From an uncultured Gemmatimonadales bacterium (GTDB taxonomy: Bacteria; Gemmatimonadota; Gemmatimonadetes; Gemmatimonadales; GWC2-71-9): a stretch of 64,000 bases of DNA. Below are positions 21,243 to 30,060 of the stretch, one piece after another (position 1 is the stretch's first letter; every line of letters begins with the position of its first letter). The position numbers were made by a program, and so were the translations under genes. The notes below the pieces were generated by a model, which made no database searches, was not told the origin of the DNA, and saw only the letters and a program-made list of their open reading frames with translations. Location of the stretch: NCBI GenBank assembly GCA_963748815.1, contig CAVVKJ010000010.1, forward strand, positions 352,001 to 416,000, given 5' to 3'.

Positions 21243-22564
21243 GCATGCCGACCGTCGCCGTGGTGGGTCGTCCGAACGTGGGGAAGTCCACGCTCTTCAA
21301 CCGCCTCATCGGCGGGCGCAAGGCCATCGTGTCCGACCAGGCGGGGACCACCCGCGACCGGCACTTCGGCACCGCCGACTGGGGCGGCCGCCGCTTCTGG
21401 TTGATCGACACCGGCGGGTTGATGCCCGATTCCAACGACTCGATGGACAAGGCGATCCGGCGGCAGGTGGACCTGGCCGTGGAGCAGTCGGACCTGGTGG
21501 TCCTGCTGGTCGACGGGAAGGAGGGGCTCAATCCGGTCGACTCCGAAATCGCGGCGCACCTGCGCCGGGCGAAGCGGCCGGTGCTCCTGGCGGTCAACAA
21601 GCTCGACGACCTGCCCGACACCACCGCCCACATGGCCTTCTACAAGCTCGGGCTCGGCGATCCGATCCCGCTCTCGGCGGCCATCGGCAAGGCCAGCGGC
21701 GACCTGCTGGACGCGATCGTCGAACGGCTCCCCGAGCAGCAGGAAGGGGAGCTCGACGAGTCGATCAACGTCGCCGTGGTCGGCCGGCCGAACGTCGGCA
21801 AGTCGTCGCTGATCAACCGGCTGCTCGGGGAGGACCGGGTGGTGGTCTCGCCGGTGGCGGGCACCACGCGCGACGCGGTGGACTCGGTCTTCCGCGCCCA
21901 CGGGAAGCTGTTCACGCTGATCGACACCGCGGGGCTCCGGAAGAAGGCGCGGGTGCACGAGGACGTCGAGTTCTACTCGACCCTGCGCACCCAGCGCGCC
22001 ATCGAACGCGCGCAGGTCTGCGTCCTCGTGGTGGACGCGGCGCTCGGCCTGCACACGCAGGACCTGCGCATCGCGAACGAGGCGTGGGACCAGGGGTGCG
22101 GCCTCATCATCGCGGTGAACAAGTGGGACCTCGTCGAGGAGAAGGACGCCAACACCGCCCGCCGCGGCGAGGAGACGCTGCGGGCCAAGGCGCCGTTCCT
22201 GGCGTACGTGAAGTTCGTGTACATCTCCGCGGAAACCGGGCAGCGGGTGCACCAGTTGCCGCAGGAGATCCTCGACGTGGCCGAGGCGCGGGAACGCCGC
22301 ATTCCGACCGCCGAGGTCAACCGGGTGCTCGAGGAGCTGGTGCAGCACACCAACCCGCCCCAGAAGCCGGGGCAGGAGGTCAAGCTGCTCTACGCCTCGC
22401 AGGTCGGCACGGCCCCGCCAGTGTTCGCGATCGTCTGCAGCCGTCCCGACGCGATCCCGGAGTCGTACGAGCGCTACCTGATCAACGGCTTCCGCAAGGC
22501 GTGGTCGTTCGAGGGATCGCCGCTGCGCCTGAAGTTCAAGCGGCGCTCCGGGCGCAATCCATGA
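21239..22564 (+). CDS. der: Ribosome biogenesis GTPase Der
   Basis: Two tandem G domains GRPNVGKS, GTTRD, DTGG/DTAG, NK.D. Confidence 0.97.
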   Translation: MSMPTVAVVGRPNVGKSTLFNRLIGGRKAIVSDQAGTTRDRHFGTADWGGRRFWLIDTGGLMPDSNDSMDKAIRRQVDLAVEQSDLVVLLVDGKEGLNPVDSEIAAHLRRAKRPVLLAVNKLDDLPDTTAHMAFYKLGLGDPIPLSAAIGKASGDLLDAIVERLPEQQEGELDESINVAVVGRPNVGKSSLINRLLGEDRVVVSPVAGTTRDAVDSVFRAHGKLFTLIDTAGLRKKARVHEDVEFYSTLRTQRAIERAQVCVLVVDAALGLHTQDLRIANEAWDQGCGLIIAVNKWDLVEEKDANTARRGEETLRAKAPFLAYVKFVYISAETGQRVHQLPQEILDVAEARERRIPTAEVNRVLEELVQHTNPPQKPGQEVKLLYASQVGTAPPVFAIVCSRPDAIPESYERYLINGFRKAWSFEGSPLRLKFKRRSGRNP

Positions 22565-23181
22565 CCACCGCGCAGATCGCCGCGCTCGTGGCGTCGTATC
22601 TCCTCGGCGCCTTTCCCACGAGCTTCCTGACGGGGAAGACGTTCAAGGGCATCGACCTCCGCGAGCACGGCAGCAAGAACCTCGGGGCCACGAACGTCTA
22701 CCGCACCATGGGGTGGCGGTACGCGATCCCGGTCGGGATTTTCGACGTCGCCAAGGGGGCCGTGCCGGTCCTCATCCTCGGGCCGGCGGTGAGCACGCTC
22801 GGGTGGTTCCCGCTGCTGTGCGGCGTCATGGCAGTCGTGGGGCATGTGTTCTCGGTGTTCGTCGGGTTCAAGGGAGGCAAGGGGGTCGCGACCAGCGCCG
22901 GGGTGGTGCTCGGCCTCGCCCCCATGGCCGTGGGCATCTGTCTCGTCATCTGGGCGGTGATCGTCTGGGTGTCGGGGTACGTGTCGCTCGGCTCCGTGAT
23001 TGCCACGGGGGTCTTCCCCCTGCTGGTGTGGGTCCTCTATCCGGCGCGCCGGGAGAGCATCTGGCTCTACGCGCTGCTCGCGGTGGTGATCATCTGGATG
23101 CACCGGTCCAACCTCCGGCGCCTGGCGAATGGGACCGAGAACCGGTTCGGCCGGCACGCGAAGGGGTCCGAGTCGCCATGA
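22561..23181 (+). CDS. plsY: Glycerol-3-phosphate acyltransferase PlsY
   Basis: DLREHGSKNLGATNVYR, DVAKG, GHVFS.F.GFKGGKGVAT, HRSN..RL..GTE. Confidence 0.95.
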   Translation: MTTAQIAALVASYLLGAFPTSFLTGKTFKGIDLREHGSKNLGATNVYRTMGWRYAIPVGIFDVAKGAVPVLILGPAVSTLGWFPLLCGVMAVVGHVFSVFVGFKGGKGVATSAGVVLGLAPMAVGICLVIWAVIVWVSGYVSLGSVIATGVFPLLVWVLYPARRESIWLYALLAVVIIWMHRSNLRRLANGTENRFGRHAKGSESP

Positions 23182-24176
23182 CGCGCATCGGCGTACTCGG
23201 CGCGGGGAGCTGGGGGACGACGCTCGCCGACCTGCTGGCCCGGAAGGGCCACGAGGTCCGGCTCTGGGCCTACGAGGGCGAGGTGGTCGAGAGCATCAAC
23301 GCCCGCCATGAGAACGAGCTCTTTCTCGGGGGCCGGCCGCTCGACCCTCGGTTGGTCGCCTGCAGCGACCCCTTCGAGGCCATCGACGGCGCGCCGATCA
23401 TCCTGTCCGCCGCGCCGAGCCACGTGGCGCGGGCGGTGACGGCTCCGTTGGACCCGGGCGTGCGCAAGGACGCCATTGTCGTGAGCGCCACCAAGGGGAT
23501 CGAGGCGCCCGGCTTGAAGCTGCCGCACGAGGTGCTCGCCGAGAGTCTTCCTGGTCGGCCGTTCGTGGCGCTGTCCGGCCCGAGCTTTGCGGCCGAGGTG
23601 CACGAGGGACAGCCCACGGCCGTCGTGGCGGCGGCGCTCGATCCCGCGGTGGCCGCCGTGGTCCAGGAGGCGTTTTCGACGCCCCGGTTCCGGGTGTACT
23701 CGAACGACGACCTGATCGGTGTCGAGCTGTGCGGCGCGCTGAAAAACGTGATCGCCATTGCGGCGGGCATTCTGGAGGGGCTGGGGCTGGGGAACAATCC
23801 GCGCGCGGCGCTCATTACCCGGGGGCTGGCCGAGATGACCCGGCTGGGGCTCGCCATGGGGGCCAAGCCGATGACGTTTGCCGGGCTCGCCGGGATGGGG
23901 GACCTCATCCTGACCGCCACCGGCGGGCTGAGTCGCAACCGCGCCCTCGGCATGGCGCTCGCGCAGGGCGAGCGGCTGGAGCAGTACACGGCGACGCACC
24001 GCACGGTGGCCGAAGGGGTGAACACCGCCCGCTCGGCGGTGGGGCTGGCGGCGCGCCACGGCGTGGAGCTGCCGATCACGGAGCAGGTGGCCGCCATCCT
24101 CTTCGACGGCAAGGCGCCGAAGCAGGCCGTGGCCGACCTGATGGAACGGACCCTCAAGGCGGAGCAGTGGCGGTGA
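23178..24176 (+). CDS. gpsA: NAD(P)H-dependent glycerol-3-phosphate dehydrogenase
   Basis: GAGSWGT, ATKGIE, SGPSFA.EV, GALKNVIAIAAG, GLAGMGDL, SRNR. Confidence 0.96.
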   Translation: MTRIGVLGAGSWGTTLADLLARKGHEVRLWAYEGEVVESINARHENELFLGGRPLDPRLVACSDPFEAIDGAPIILSAAPSHVARAVTAPLDPGVRKDAIVVSATKGIEAPGLKLPHEVLAESLPGRPFVALSGPSFAAEVHEGQPTAVVAAALDPAVAAVVQEAFSTPRFRVYSNDDLIGVELCGALKNVIAIAAGILEGLGLGNNPRAALITRGLAEMTRLGLAMGAKPMTFAGLAGMGDLILTATGGLSRNRALGMALAQGERLEQYTATHRTVAEGVNTARSAVGLAARHGVELPITEQVAAILFDGKAPKQAVADLMERTLKAEQWR

Positions 24177-24547
24177 CTCACTCCCAGCCGGCCCAGGAAT
24201 TCTTCTCCATCGGCGAGGTCTGCGCGCTGACGGATCTCAAGCCGCACGTGCTGCGGTATTGGGAGAGCCAGTTCCGGTTCCTCAACCCCGCGAAGAATCG
24301 CTCGGGCAACCGCGTCTACAAGAGCCGCGAAGTCGAGCTCATCATGCTGGTCAAGCACCTGCTGTACAGCGAGAAGTACACCATCGAGGGGGCACGCCAG
24401 AAGATCGAGCAGTATCGCCGCACGGGGGAGCTGCGCGGCACGGCCAAGCGCGCGATGGGGTCGGAGACGGTCCGGGAGCTGCGGCAGGAGGTCGAGGACG
24501 TCCTCAAGGTGCTCGAGGGTCGTGACGGCGCCAAGGGCGGCGGCTGA
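24173..24547 (+). CDS. MerR family HTH regulator
   Basis: FFSIGEV...LKPHVLRYWESQF..L.P.KNRSGNR.Y, KYTIEGAR; GTGA overlap with gpsA. Confidence 0.9.
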   Translation: MTHSQPAQEFFSIGEVCALTDLKPHVLRYWESQFRFLNPAKNRSGNRVYKSREVELIMLVKHLLYSEKYTIEGARQKIEQYRRTGELRGTAKRAMGSETVRELRQEVEDVLKVLEGRDGAKGGG

Positions 24548-25296
24548 TGCACATCCTGGTGAGCAACGACGACGGCATCCTCGCCCCGGGGATCGGGCTC
24601 CTCGCCGACGCCTGCCGCAGCGTGGGGCACGTCACCGTGGTGGCGCCGGACCGGGAACAGAGCGGCACCAGCCACTCGCTGACGCTGCATCGGCCGCTGC
24701 GCGCGGCGCTGCGCCCCGACGGGGCGTACCAGGTGGACGGGACGCCGACCGACTGCGTGCTGCTCGCGGTCAACGCCCTCCTGCCGGAGCGGCCCTCCTT
24801 CGTGTTCTCGGGCGTGAACCACGGCCCGAACATGGGCGAGGACGTCCTCTACTCGGGGACGGTGGCGGTGGCGATGGAGGCGGTCACCCTCGGCATTCCC
24901 GGCGTCGCCATCTCGTTCGCGGGGCACGATCCCGAGACGCTCGCGACCTACGGTCCCCTGTTGAAGCGGCTCGTGCAGCAGGTGGTGGCCGTGCCCGAAT
25001 TCCCGGCGGACACCCTGCTGAACGTGAACCTGCCCGCCGTGCCGGCCTCGGAGGTGAAGGGCACGATGGTCACGCGACTCGGCAGCCGGTTCTTCTCGGA
25101 GTCGCTTACGCGGATGAAGGACCCGTGGGGGCGCGAGATGTTCTGGGTGGGTGGGGGCACGATCACCTGGACCGGCGGGGAGGACTCCGACCACGGCGCC
25201 GTCGCGGAAGGCTACGTGTCCATCACGCCGCTGCACATGGACCTCACGCACTACCCATTGCTGGAAACGGTCAGGGAATGGCGGCTGGCGCTGTAG
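24547..25296 (+). CDS. surE: 5'/3'-nucleotidase SurE
   Basis: ILVSNDDG, APDREQSG, GTPTDC, SGVNHGPN, YSGTV, NVN, SITPL. Confidence 0.96.
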   Translation: MHILVSNDDGILAPGIGLLADACRSVGHVTVVAPDREQSGTSHSLTLHRPLRAALRPDGAYQVDGTPTDCVLLAVNALLPERPSFVFSGVNHGPNMGEDVLYSGTVAVAMEAVTLGIPGVAISFAGHDPETLATYGPLLKRLVQQVVAVPEFPADTLLNVNLPAVPASEVKGTMVTRLGSRFFSESLTRMKDPWGREMFWVGGGTITWTGGEDSDHGAVAEGYVSITPLHMDLTHYPLLETVREWRLAL

Positions 25297-25952
25297 GGGC
25301 GGGGGACAGCTACGGCGGGTATCGCGCGCGCCTGGTCAGCGAGCTGCAGGCCAAGGGGATTCGCGATCTCGCCGTGCTGCGCGCCATTTCCCAGGTGCCG
25401 CGTCACCTGTTCGTTCCCGCGAGCGTGCGGCACCGCGCCTACGAGGATTCCGCCCTCCCGATCGGCGGCGGGCAGACCATCTCCCAGCCGTGGGTCCAGG
25501 CCCGGTACCTCGAGGTCCTGGAGCTGACCGGCCGTGAGAAGGTGCTCGAAGTCGGCACCGGCTCCGGGTACCAGACGGCCCTCCTCGCCATGCTGGCCGA
25601 CACCGTCTTCAGCATCGAGCGAATCCAGTCCCTCGCCACCGAGGCGCGCACCGCGCTGGAGGGGGCGGGCATCCGGAACGTGACGGTGCTCGTGGGTGAC
25701 GGGACGCTCGGGTGGCGGCCGTACGCGCCGTATGACGCGATCCTGGTGGCCGCGGCGAGCCCATCGGTGCCGGCGCCACTCGTCGAGCAGCTCGCTCCCG
25801 GGGGCAGGCTCGTGATCCCGATCGGCGACCGCGACACGCAGGTGCTGCAACTGCTCCGGAAGGAGGGTGACCGGCTGGTGACCACCTCCCTGGGCGACGT
25901 CCGCTTCGTGCCTCTCCTCGGGGAGTTCGGCTTCCGTCCCTCCACCTCCTGA
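25278..25952 (+). CDS. pcm: Protein-L-isoaspartate O-methyltransferase
   Basis: VPRHLFV, AYED.ALPIG.GQTISQP, VLEVGTGSGYQTA, GDGTLG, APYDAI, VRFVPL. Confidence 0.95.
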   Translation: MAAGAVGAGDSYGGYRARLVSELQAKGIRDLAVLRAISQVPRHLFVPASVRHRAYEDSALPIGGGQTISQPWVQARYLEVLELTGREKVLEVGTGSGYQTALLAMLADTVFSIERIQSLATEARTALEGAGIRNVTVLVGDGTLGWRPYAPYDAILVAAASPSVPAPLVEQLAPGGRLVIPIGDRDTQVLQLLRKEGDRLVTTSLGDVRFVPLLGEFGFRPSTS

Positions 25953-25963
25953 CCGGCTGGTTC

Positions 25964-26587
25964 ATGCTTCACTCCGTCGTCCAGTGGCTCGTCGAGACCG
26001 TCTCGGCGCTTGGCTACCCCGGCATTGCCATCCTGATGGCCATCGAATCGTCCTTCATTCCGCTCCCGAGCGAAGTCGTCATGCCACCCGCCGGGTATCT
26101 GGCGGCGCAGGGCCGCATGGACCCCGTCCTGGCCGTCCTGGCGGGGACCATCGGCAGCGTGGTGGGGGCCCTCTTCAATTACTGGTTTGCCATCGTCGTG
26201 GGGGAGCCGTTCCTCCGGCGGTACGGGAAGTACTTTCTCGTCAGCAACGAGCACCTCGACCGGGCGGAGAGCTTTTTTGCCCGCCACGGCGAGATCAGCA
26301 CCTTCATTGGCCGGCTGGTGCCAGTGGTGCGGCAGCTGATCTCGATCCCGGCCGGGATGGCCAGGGTCGGGCTGGGGCGTTTCGTGGCCTTCACGGCGCT
26401 CGGGGCAGGGATCTGGTGCGCGGTGCTGGTGTATATCGGCTGGCTGCTTGGCCGTCACGAGGCTACGCTGGTGGAGGGGATGGTCGCGGCCTACAGCACC
26501 CGAGCGTTTCTCTACATGGTGCCCGTCCTTATCTTGGTGGTAATCGGGTATGTTGTGTGGCACCGTCGCCGGAGGAGCTCGCCGTGA
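25964..26587 (+). CDS. DedA family membrane protein
   Basis: ESSFIPLPSEVVMPPAG, F.RHGE...F.GRLVPVVRQLISIPAG. Confidence 0.92.
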   Translation: MLHSVVQWLVETVSALGYPGIAILMAIESSFIPLPSEVVMPPAGYLAAQGRMDPVLAVLAGTIGSVVGALFNYWFAIVVGEPFLRRYGKYFLVSNEHLDRAESFFARHGEISTFIGRLVPVVRQLISIPAGMARVGLGRFVAFTALGAGIWCAVLVYIGWLLGRHEATLVEGMVAAYSTRAFLYMVPVLILVVIGYVVWHRRRRSSP

Positions 26588-26856
26588 GGCGAATTCGATT
26601 TGTGGTGACGGGGAGGGTGCAGGGGGTGGGGTTCCGGTGGTTTGTCAGGGCCGAGGCGCGGCCGCTCGGATTGAATGGCTGGGTCCGGAACCGGGACGAT
26701 GGGGCGGTGGAGGGGGAGGTCGAGGGCCGGGACGACGCGATCGAGGCGCTCATTCCCTGCCTGGAGGTGGGTCCCGCGAGCGCCATCGTCACGAATGTGG
26801 ACATCGCCGAGATTTCGGATGAGGCCCATCCATATAACAGATTTGAAATCAGATAG
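26584..26856 (+). CDS. acyP: Acylphosphatase
   Basis: GRVQGVGFR, GWVRN..DG.VE, GP; GTGA overlap with dedA. Confidence 0.92.
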   Translation: MRRIRFVVTGRVQGVGFRWFVRAEARPLGLNGWVRNRDDGAVEGEVEGRDDAIEALIPCLEVGPASAIVTNVDIAEISDEAHPYNRFEIR

Positions 26857-26888
26857 TTAGCCCATTGATGTGAGAGGAGTTCGAAGCG

Positions 26889-27419
26889 ATGCCCGAGTCC
26901 CTTCAGGAGAGAATCAAGAAGGCCCTTCGGCCGGTGCCCGACTACCCCAAGCTCGGCTCCACCTTCTATGACAGCGTCGAGGTATTCCGGCACGGTGCCC
27001 TGTTCAAGGAAGTCGTCGAGGCCATGTCGGCGCCCTTCGCGGGGCAGGGTGTTTCCCACGTGGTCGGCGTCGAACCCCAGGGCCAGATCCTCGGTGGGGC
27101 CATCGCGGTGTCACTGGGCGCCGGATTCATCTCGGCCCGGAAGCCGCGAAAGCTGCCGTGGGTCCAGGTCCGCCAGGTCTATTCGCTGGAATACGGCGAT
27201 GACTCGCTGGAGGCCCGCCGCGATGACTTCGTGGGAGCCGACAAGGTGATCGTCGTCGACGATCTCCTCTCCTCGGGCGGCACGGCGGCGGCGGCGGGGG
27301 AGCTGGTGGGGGCGCTCCGCGGGACGCTGGTGGGCTACACCTTCATCATGGAAGCGCTGGCGGACGAGGGACGGGCAAAGCTCGGCGACGCCCCGGTCCA
27401 CGTGCTGGTGCAGATCTGA
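26889..27419 (+). CDS. apt: Adenine phosphoribosyltransferase-like (divergent)
   Basis: PDYPK.G..F.D, RKPRKLP, YSLEYG, PRPP loop VDDLLSSGGT. Confidence 0.8.
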   Translation: MPESLQERIKKALRPVPDYPKLGSTFYDSVEVFRHGALFKEVVEAMSAPFAGQGVSHVVGVEPQGQILGGAIAVSLGAGFISARKPRKLPWVQVRQVYSLEYGDDSLEARRDDFVGADKVIVVDDLLSSGGTAAAAGELVGALRGTLVGYTFIMEALADEGRAKLGDAPVHVLVQI

Positions 27420-27430
27420 GGAGTCCGGTG

Positions 27431-27460
27431 TTGACGCCTGATGGCCTAACCGGATATTCT
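27431..27460 (+). promoter_or_regulatory. sigma70-type promoter of tRNA-Arg
   Basis: TTGACG-18 nt-TATTCT, 10 nt upstream of the tRNA. Confidence 0.6.
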
Positions 27461-27470
27461 TAAAGGCTTT

Positions 27471-27544
27471 GCCCCCGTAGCTCAGATGGATAGAGCAGCA
27501 GTTTCCTAAACTGTTGGCCGCGTGTTCGACTCACGCCGGGGGCA
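27471..27544 (+). tRNA. tRNA-Arg(CCT)
   Basis: Acceptor GCCCCCG/CGGGGGC, D-arm GCTC/GAGC, anticodon arm GCAGT-TTCCTAA-ACTGT, T-loop TTCGACT; followed by CCT, not CCA. Confidence 0.95.
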
Positions 27545-27588
27545 CCTGCGTGCGCATCGAACCTGTCACTGGCCGGTACCGGAGAATC

Positions 27589-28275
27589 ATGTCGAAGAAC
27601 GTTGCAGCCCCGAAAAAGAGTGAACTTGCCAAGGTGATGACCGAGACGAGTGACCCGATGGCCTGGGTGCGCACGCACCAGAGGCTCGTCATGGGCCTTG
27701 CGGCGGCGGTGGTCGTCGTCGCGCTGGGCACCTGGGTGGTCATCGAGACGGGGCAGCGCAGGCAGCTGCGGGCCGCGGAGGCGCTCGACCGGGCGCGGAG
27801 CATCGCCGAGTCGGGCAACCTCCCGCTGGCCGCCAGCGAACTGCAGAAGATCATCGAGACCTTCAGCGGCACCAACGCGGCGACCGAGGCGGTGGTGACC
27901 ATCAACCAGGTCCGGATGGTCAACGGCCAGAGCGAACTCGCCGTGGTGAGCCTCCAGGACTACCTGAAGACCAACCCGAAGAAGGTCTACAAGGTCCCGG
28001 CCCAGGGGCTCCTGGGCGAAGCGCTCGAGAACGCCGGCCGCCCGGAAGAAGCCGGGCAGGCCTACCTGGGCGCCGCCGCCGACGCCGACGTGGACTACCT
28101 GAAGGCGCAGTACCTCTTATCGGCGTCCCGCGCGTTCAGCAACGCTGGGAATGTCGACGAAGCGGTCAAGGCGCTGCAGACCATCCTCGACAACTACCCG
28201 AAGGCCAACGCCAACACCGAGGCCAAGGTGCGGCTGGCGGAGCTGACCGAAGGACGGATGACGCTGGCCAAGTAG
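27589..28275 (+). CDS. Membrane-anchored TPR protein (YfgM-like)
   Basis: GGAG SD; W..THQR then one TM helix, followed by TPR-like helices. Confidence 0.75.
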   Translation: MSKNVAAPKKSELAKVMTETSDPMAWVRTHQRLVMGLAAAVVVVALGTWVVIETGQRRQLRAAEALDRARSIAESGNLPLAASELQKIIETFSGTNAATEAVVTINQVRMVNGQSELAVVSLQDYLKTNPKKVYKVPAQGLLGEALENAGRPEEAGQAYLGAAADADVDYLKAQYLLSASRAFSNAGNVDEAVKALQTILDNYPKANANTEAKVRLAELTEGRMTLAK

Positions 28276-28313
28276 ATAGTGGTCCACGGCTCAAGCCGCA
28301 GACCTTAGGATGA

Positions 28314-28349
28314 GGGCGGGGCTCCAACCGGGGTGCCGCCCTTCTTCTT
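28314..28349 (+). terminator. Putative intrinsic terminator
   Basis: AGGGCGG...CCGCCCT stem followed by TCTTCTT. Confidence 0.55.
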
Positions 28350-28362
28350 GGCCCATACAGCA

Positions 28363-28390
28363 ACGACGTATAAGATATGTTATGTTAAGT
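28363..28390 (+). other. dif-like XerC/XerD recombination site
   Basis: ACGACGTATAA-GATATG-TTATGTTAAGT; the 11-6-11 layout and XerD arm match E. coli dif (TTATGTTAAAT) with one mismatch; located at the gene-orientation switch. Confidence 0.85.
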
Positions 28391-28395
28391 ACGTA

Positions 28396-28414
28396 GGTGG
28401 ATAACTGTGGACAA
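28396..28414 (-). promoter_or_regulatory. Two tandem DnaA-box-like 9-mers
   Basis: Minus strand TTATCCACC (28396-28404) and TTGTCCACA (28406-28414), each one mismatch from TTATCCACA. Confidence 0.5.
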
Positions 28415-28504
28415 GTGGCTCCCCCACCGAGAATTAGTTTTCCTAAGTTGTTCAATGGGAATTAGTTAGAACGATAGACGCCGGCGTGGGAAATACCTGC
28501 CGTG

Positions 28505-28525
28505 CTCAGTCCTCAGTCCTCAGTC
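28505..28525. repeat. Heptamer tandem repeat (CTCAGTC)x3
   Basis: Read directly; overlaps the dapF stop codon. Confidence 0.8.
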
Positions 28526-29344
28526 CTCAAGCCTCCCCTCGAAGACCAGCCTCCCCTCGCCACGGAGCCAGACGTCGGTGGCCCTGCCCCCCTCGATTTT
28601 GGCCCTGACAGTCAGTTCCCGGCCGCTGCGGGAGGCGAAGGTGAGGGGCAGCTGGGCCTCTCCATCGGCCGCCAGGGCGACCGCCGCGGCGACCGTCCCG
28701 GTGCCGCAGGCCAGCGTCTCCCCCTCGACCCCTCGTTCGTAGGTCCGAATCCGCCAGGGGCCCCCTGAGCTGGCCGGCTCCGCGACGAAGTTGCAGTTGG
28801 CCCCCTTGGGGGCGATGGCCGGATCGAAGCGCTGCGCCCGGCCTCGGCTCGGGAGGTCGAAGCCCTCGATGTCCCGGACCCTTGTGACCAGGTGTTCGAC
28901 CCCGACCACCGCCTTCCGTATCCACGCTTCGCCCGGTTCCGGGGCCATCCCGTGTACCACGGCCGGGAGGGCGAAATCGGGGAGGTTGAGTTCGGCCAGG
29001 TCCTTCTCGCCAACGCAGCGGGTCGGGAAAGGCCCCGCCCCGGTCGCGAGCGTCATCCCCGAGGCGCGGGCCATGCCGAGGTGGGCGGAGAGCCTGGTGC
29101 TGCATAGGGCGGCGTTGCCGCACATGTTGGCCGGGCTGCCATCGCAGTTCCAGAAGGTCATGCGGACCCGGTCCTGGCCCTCGGGGGTCAGGATCAGGAG
29201 GCCGTCGGCCCCGACCCCGTCCCGCCGGTCGCAGACGGCGCGAATCCGCTCCGCCGGCCATTCCTCCGGGGTCGTCTCCCGGCCGTCGAGCATCACGAAA
29301 TCGTTGCCCGAGCCGGTCATCTTGTAGAAGGTCTCGCCGCTCAC
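28520..29344 (-). CDS. dapF: Diaminopimelate epimerase
   Basis: FYKMTGSGNDF, GVGADG, N.DGS..MCGNA, RTYERGVEGETLACGTG; GTGA overlap. Confidence 0.93.
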   Translation of the reverse strand: MSGETFYKMTGSGNDFVMLDGRETTPEEWPAERIRAVCDRRDGVGADGLLILTPEGQDRVRMTFWNCDGSPANMCGNAALCSTRLSAHLGMARASGMTLATGAGPFPTRCVGEKDLAELNLPDFALPAVVHGMAPEPGEAWIRKAVVGVEHLVTRVRDIEGFDLPSRGRAQRFDPAIAPKGANCNFVAEPASSGGPWRIRTYERGVEGETLACGTGTVAAAVALAADGEAQLPLTFASRSGRELTVRAKIEGGRATDVWLRGEGRLVFEGRLED

Positions 29345-30060
29345 AGCTTCCCCACGATCGAGCGCAGCCGGATCCACCAGACCATCCAGATGGCCTCCCG
29401 GACGATCTTCTTGTTCATCTTGCTCTGCCCCTCGACCCGGTCGACGAAGACGATGGGAATCTCCATGATCCGGAAGCCCTTCTTCCACGCCCGGAAGCTC
29501 ATCTCGATCTGGAAGGCGTAGCCGTTGGACACCACCCGGTCGAGTTCAAGTGTCGCGAGAACCGACCTGCGAAAGCACTTGAAGCCGCCGGTGGAGTCCG
29601 TCAGGGGCAGCCCGGTGATCCACCGGGCATAGATGTTGGCGCCGTAGGACAGCAGCAGCCGGCTCATCGGCCAGTTGATGACATTGACCCCGCTCTTGTA
29701 CCGCGACCCGATGACGAGGTCGGCGCCCTCGGCGGCGGTGAGGAACTTGTTGAGGTACTTCGGATCGTGGGAAAAGTCCGCGTCCATCTCGAAGATGAAG
29801 TCGTAGTCCCGCTCCAGCGCCCAGCGGAATCCGGCCAGATAGGCCTTCCCGAGCCCCTCCTTGGCACTCCGGTGGAGGCAGTGAATCCGCGAATCCTCCT
29901 CCCCCATCCGGTCGGCCAGCTCACCGGTGCCATCGGGCGACCCGTCGTCCACGACAAGGACCTCGATGCGAGGGTCCTGGCGCAGGATCTCGGGGACGAT
30001 CTGCGGGAGGTTCTTGATCTCGTTGTAGGTCGGCACGACCACCAGGACGCGATCAGCCAC
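29341..30060 (-). CDS. Polyprenol monophosphomannose synthase-like GT2
   Basis: VPTYNE, VDDGSPDGT, GLGKAYLAGF, EMDADFSHDP, GSRY, DSTGGFKCF, GYAFQIEM. Confidence 0.9.
   Translation of the reverse strand: MADRVLVVVPTYNEIKNLPQIVPEILRQDPRIEVLVVDDGSPDGTGELADRMGEEDSRIHCLHRSAKEGLGKAYLAGFRWALERDYDFIFEMDADFSHDPKYLNKFLTAAEGADLVIGSRYKSGVNVINWPMSRLLLSYGANIYARWITGLPLTDSTGGFKCFRRSVLATLELDRVVSNGYAFQIEMSFRAWKKGFRIMEIPIVFVDRVEGQSKMNKKIVREAIWMVWWIRLRSIVGKL

Noticed and set aside
28350..28500. oriC, suggested by the AT-rich spacer with DnaA-like boxes
   Set aside because: Genes and KOPS converge here, a dif site is present, there are only two boxes, and no dnaA, dnaN or gyrB is nearby.
28505..28530. CRISPR or functional repeat array
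   Set aside because: Only three 7-bp tandem units with no spacers; no CRISPR array or cas gene was seen in the window.
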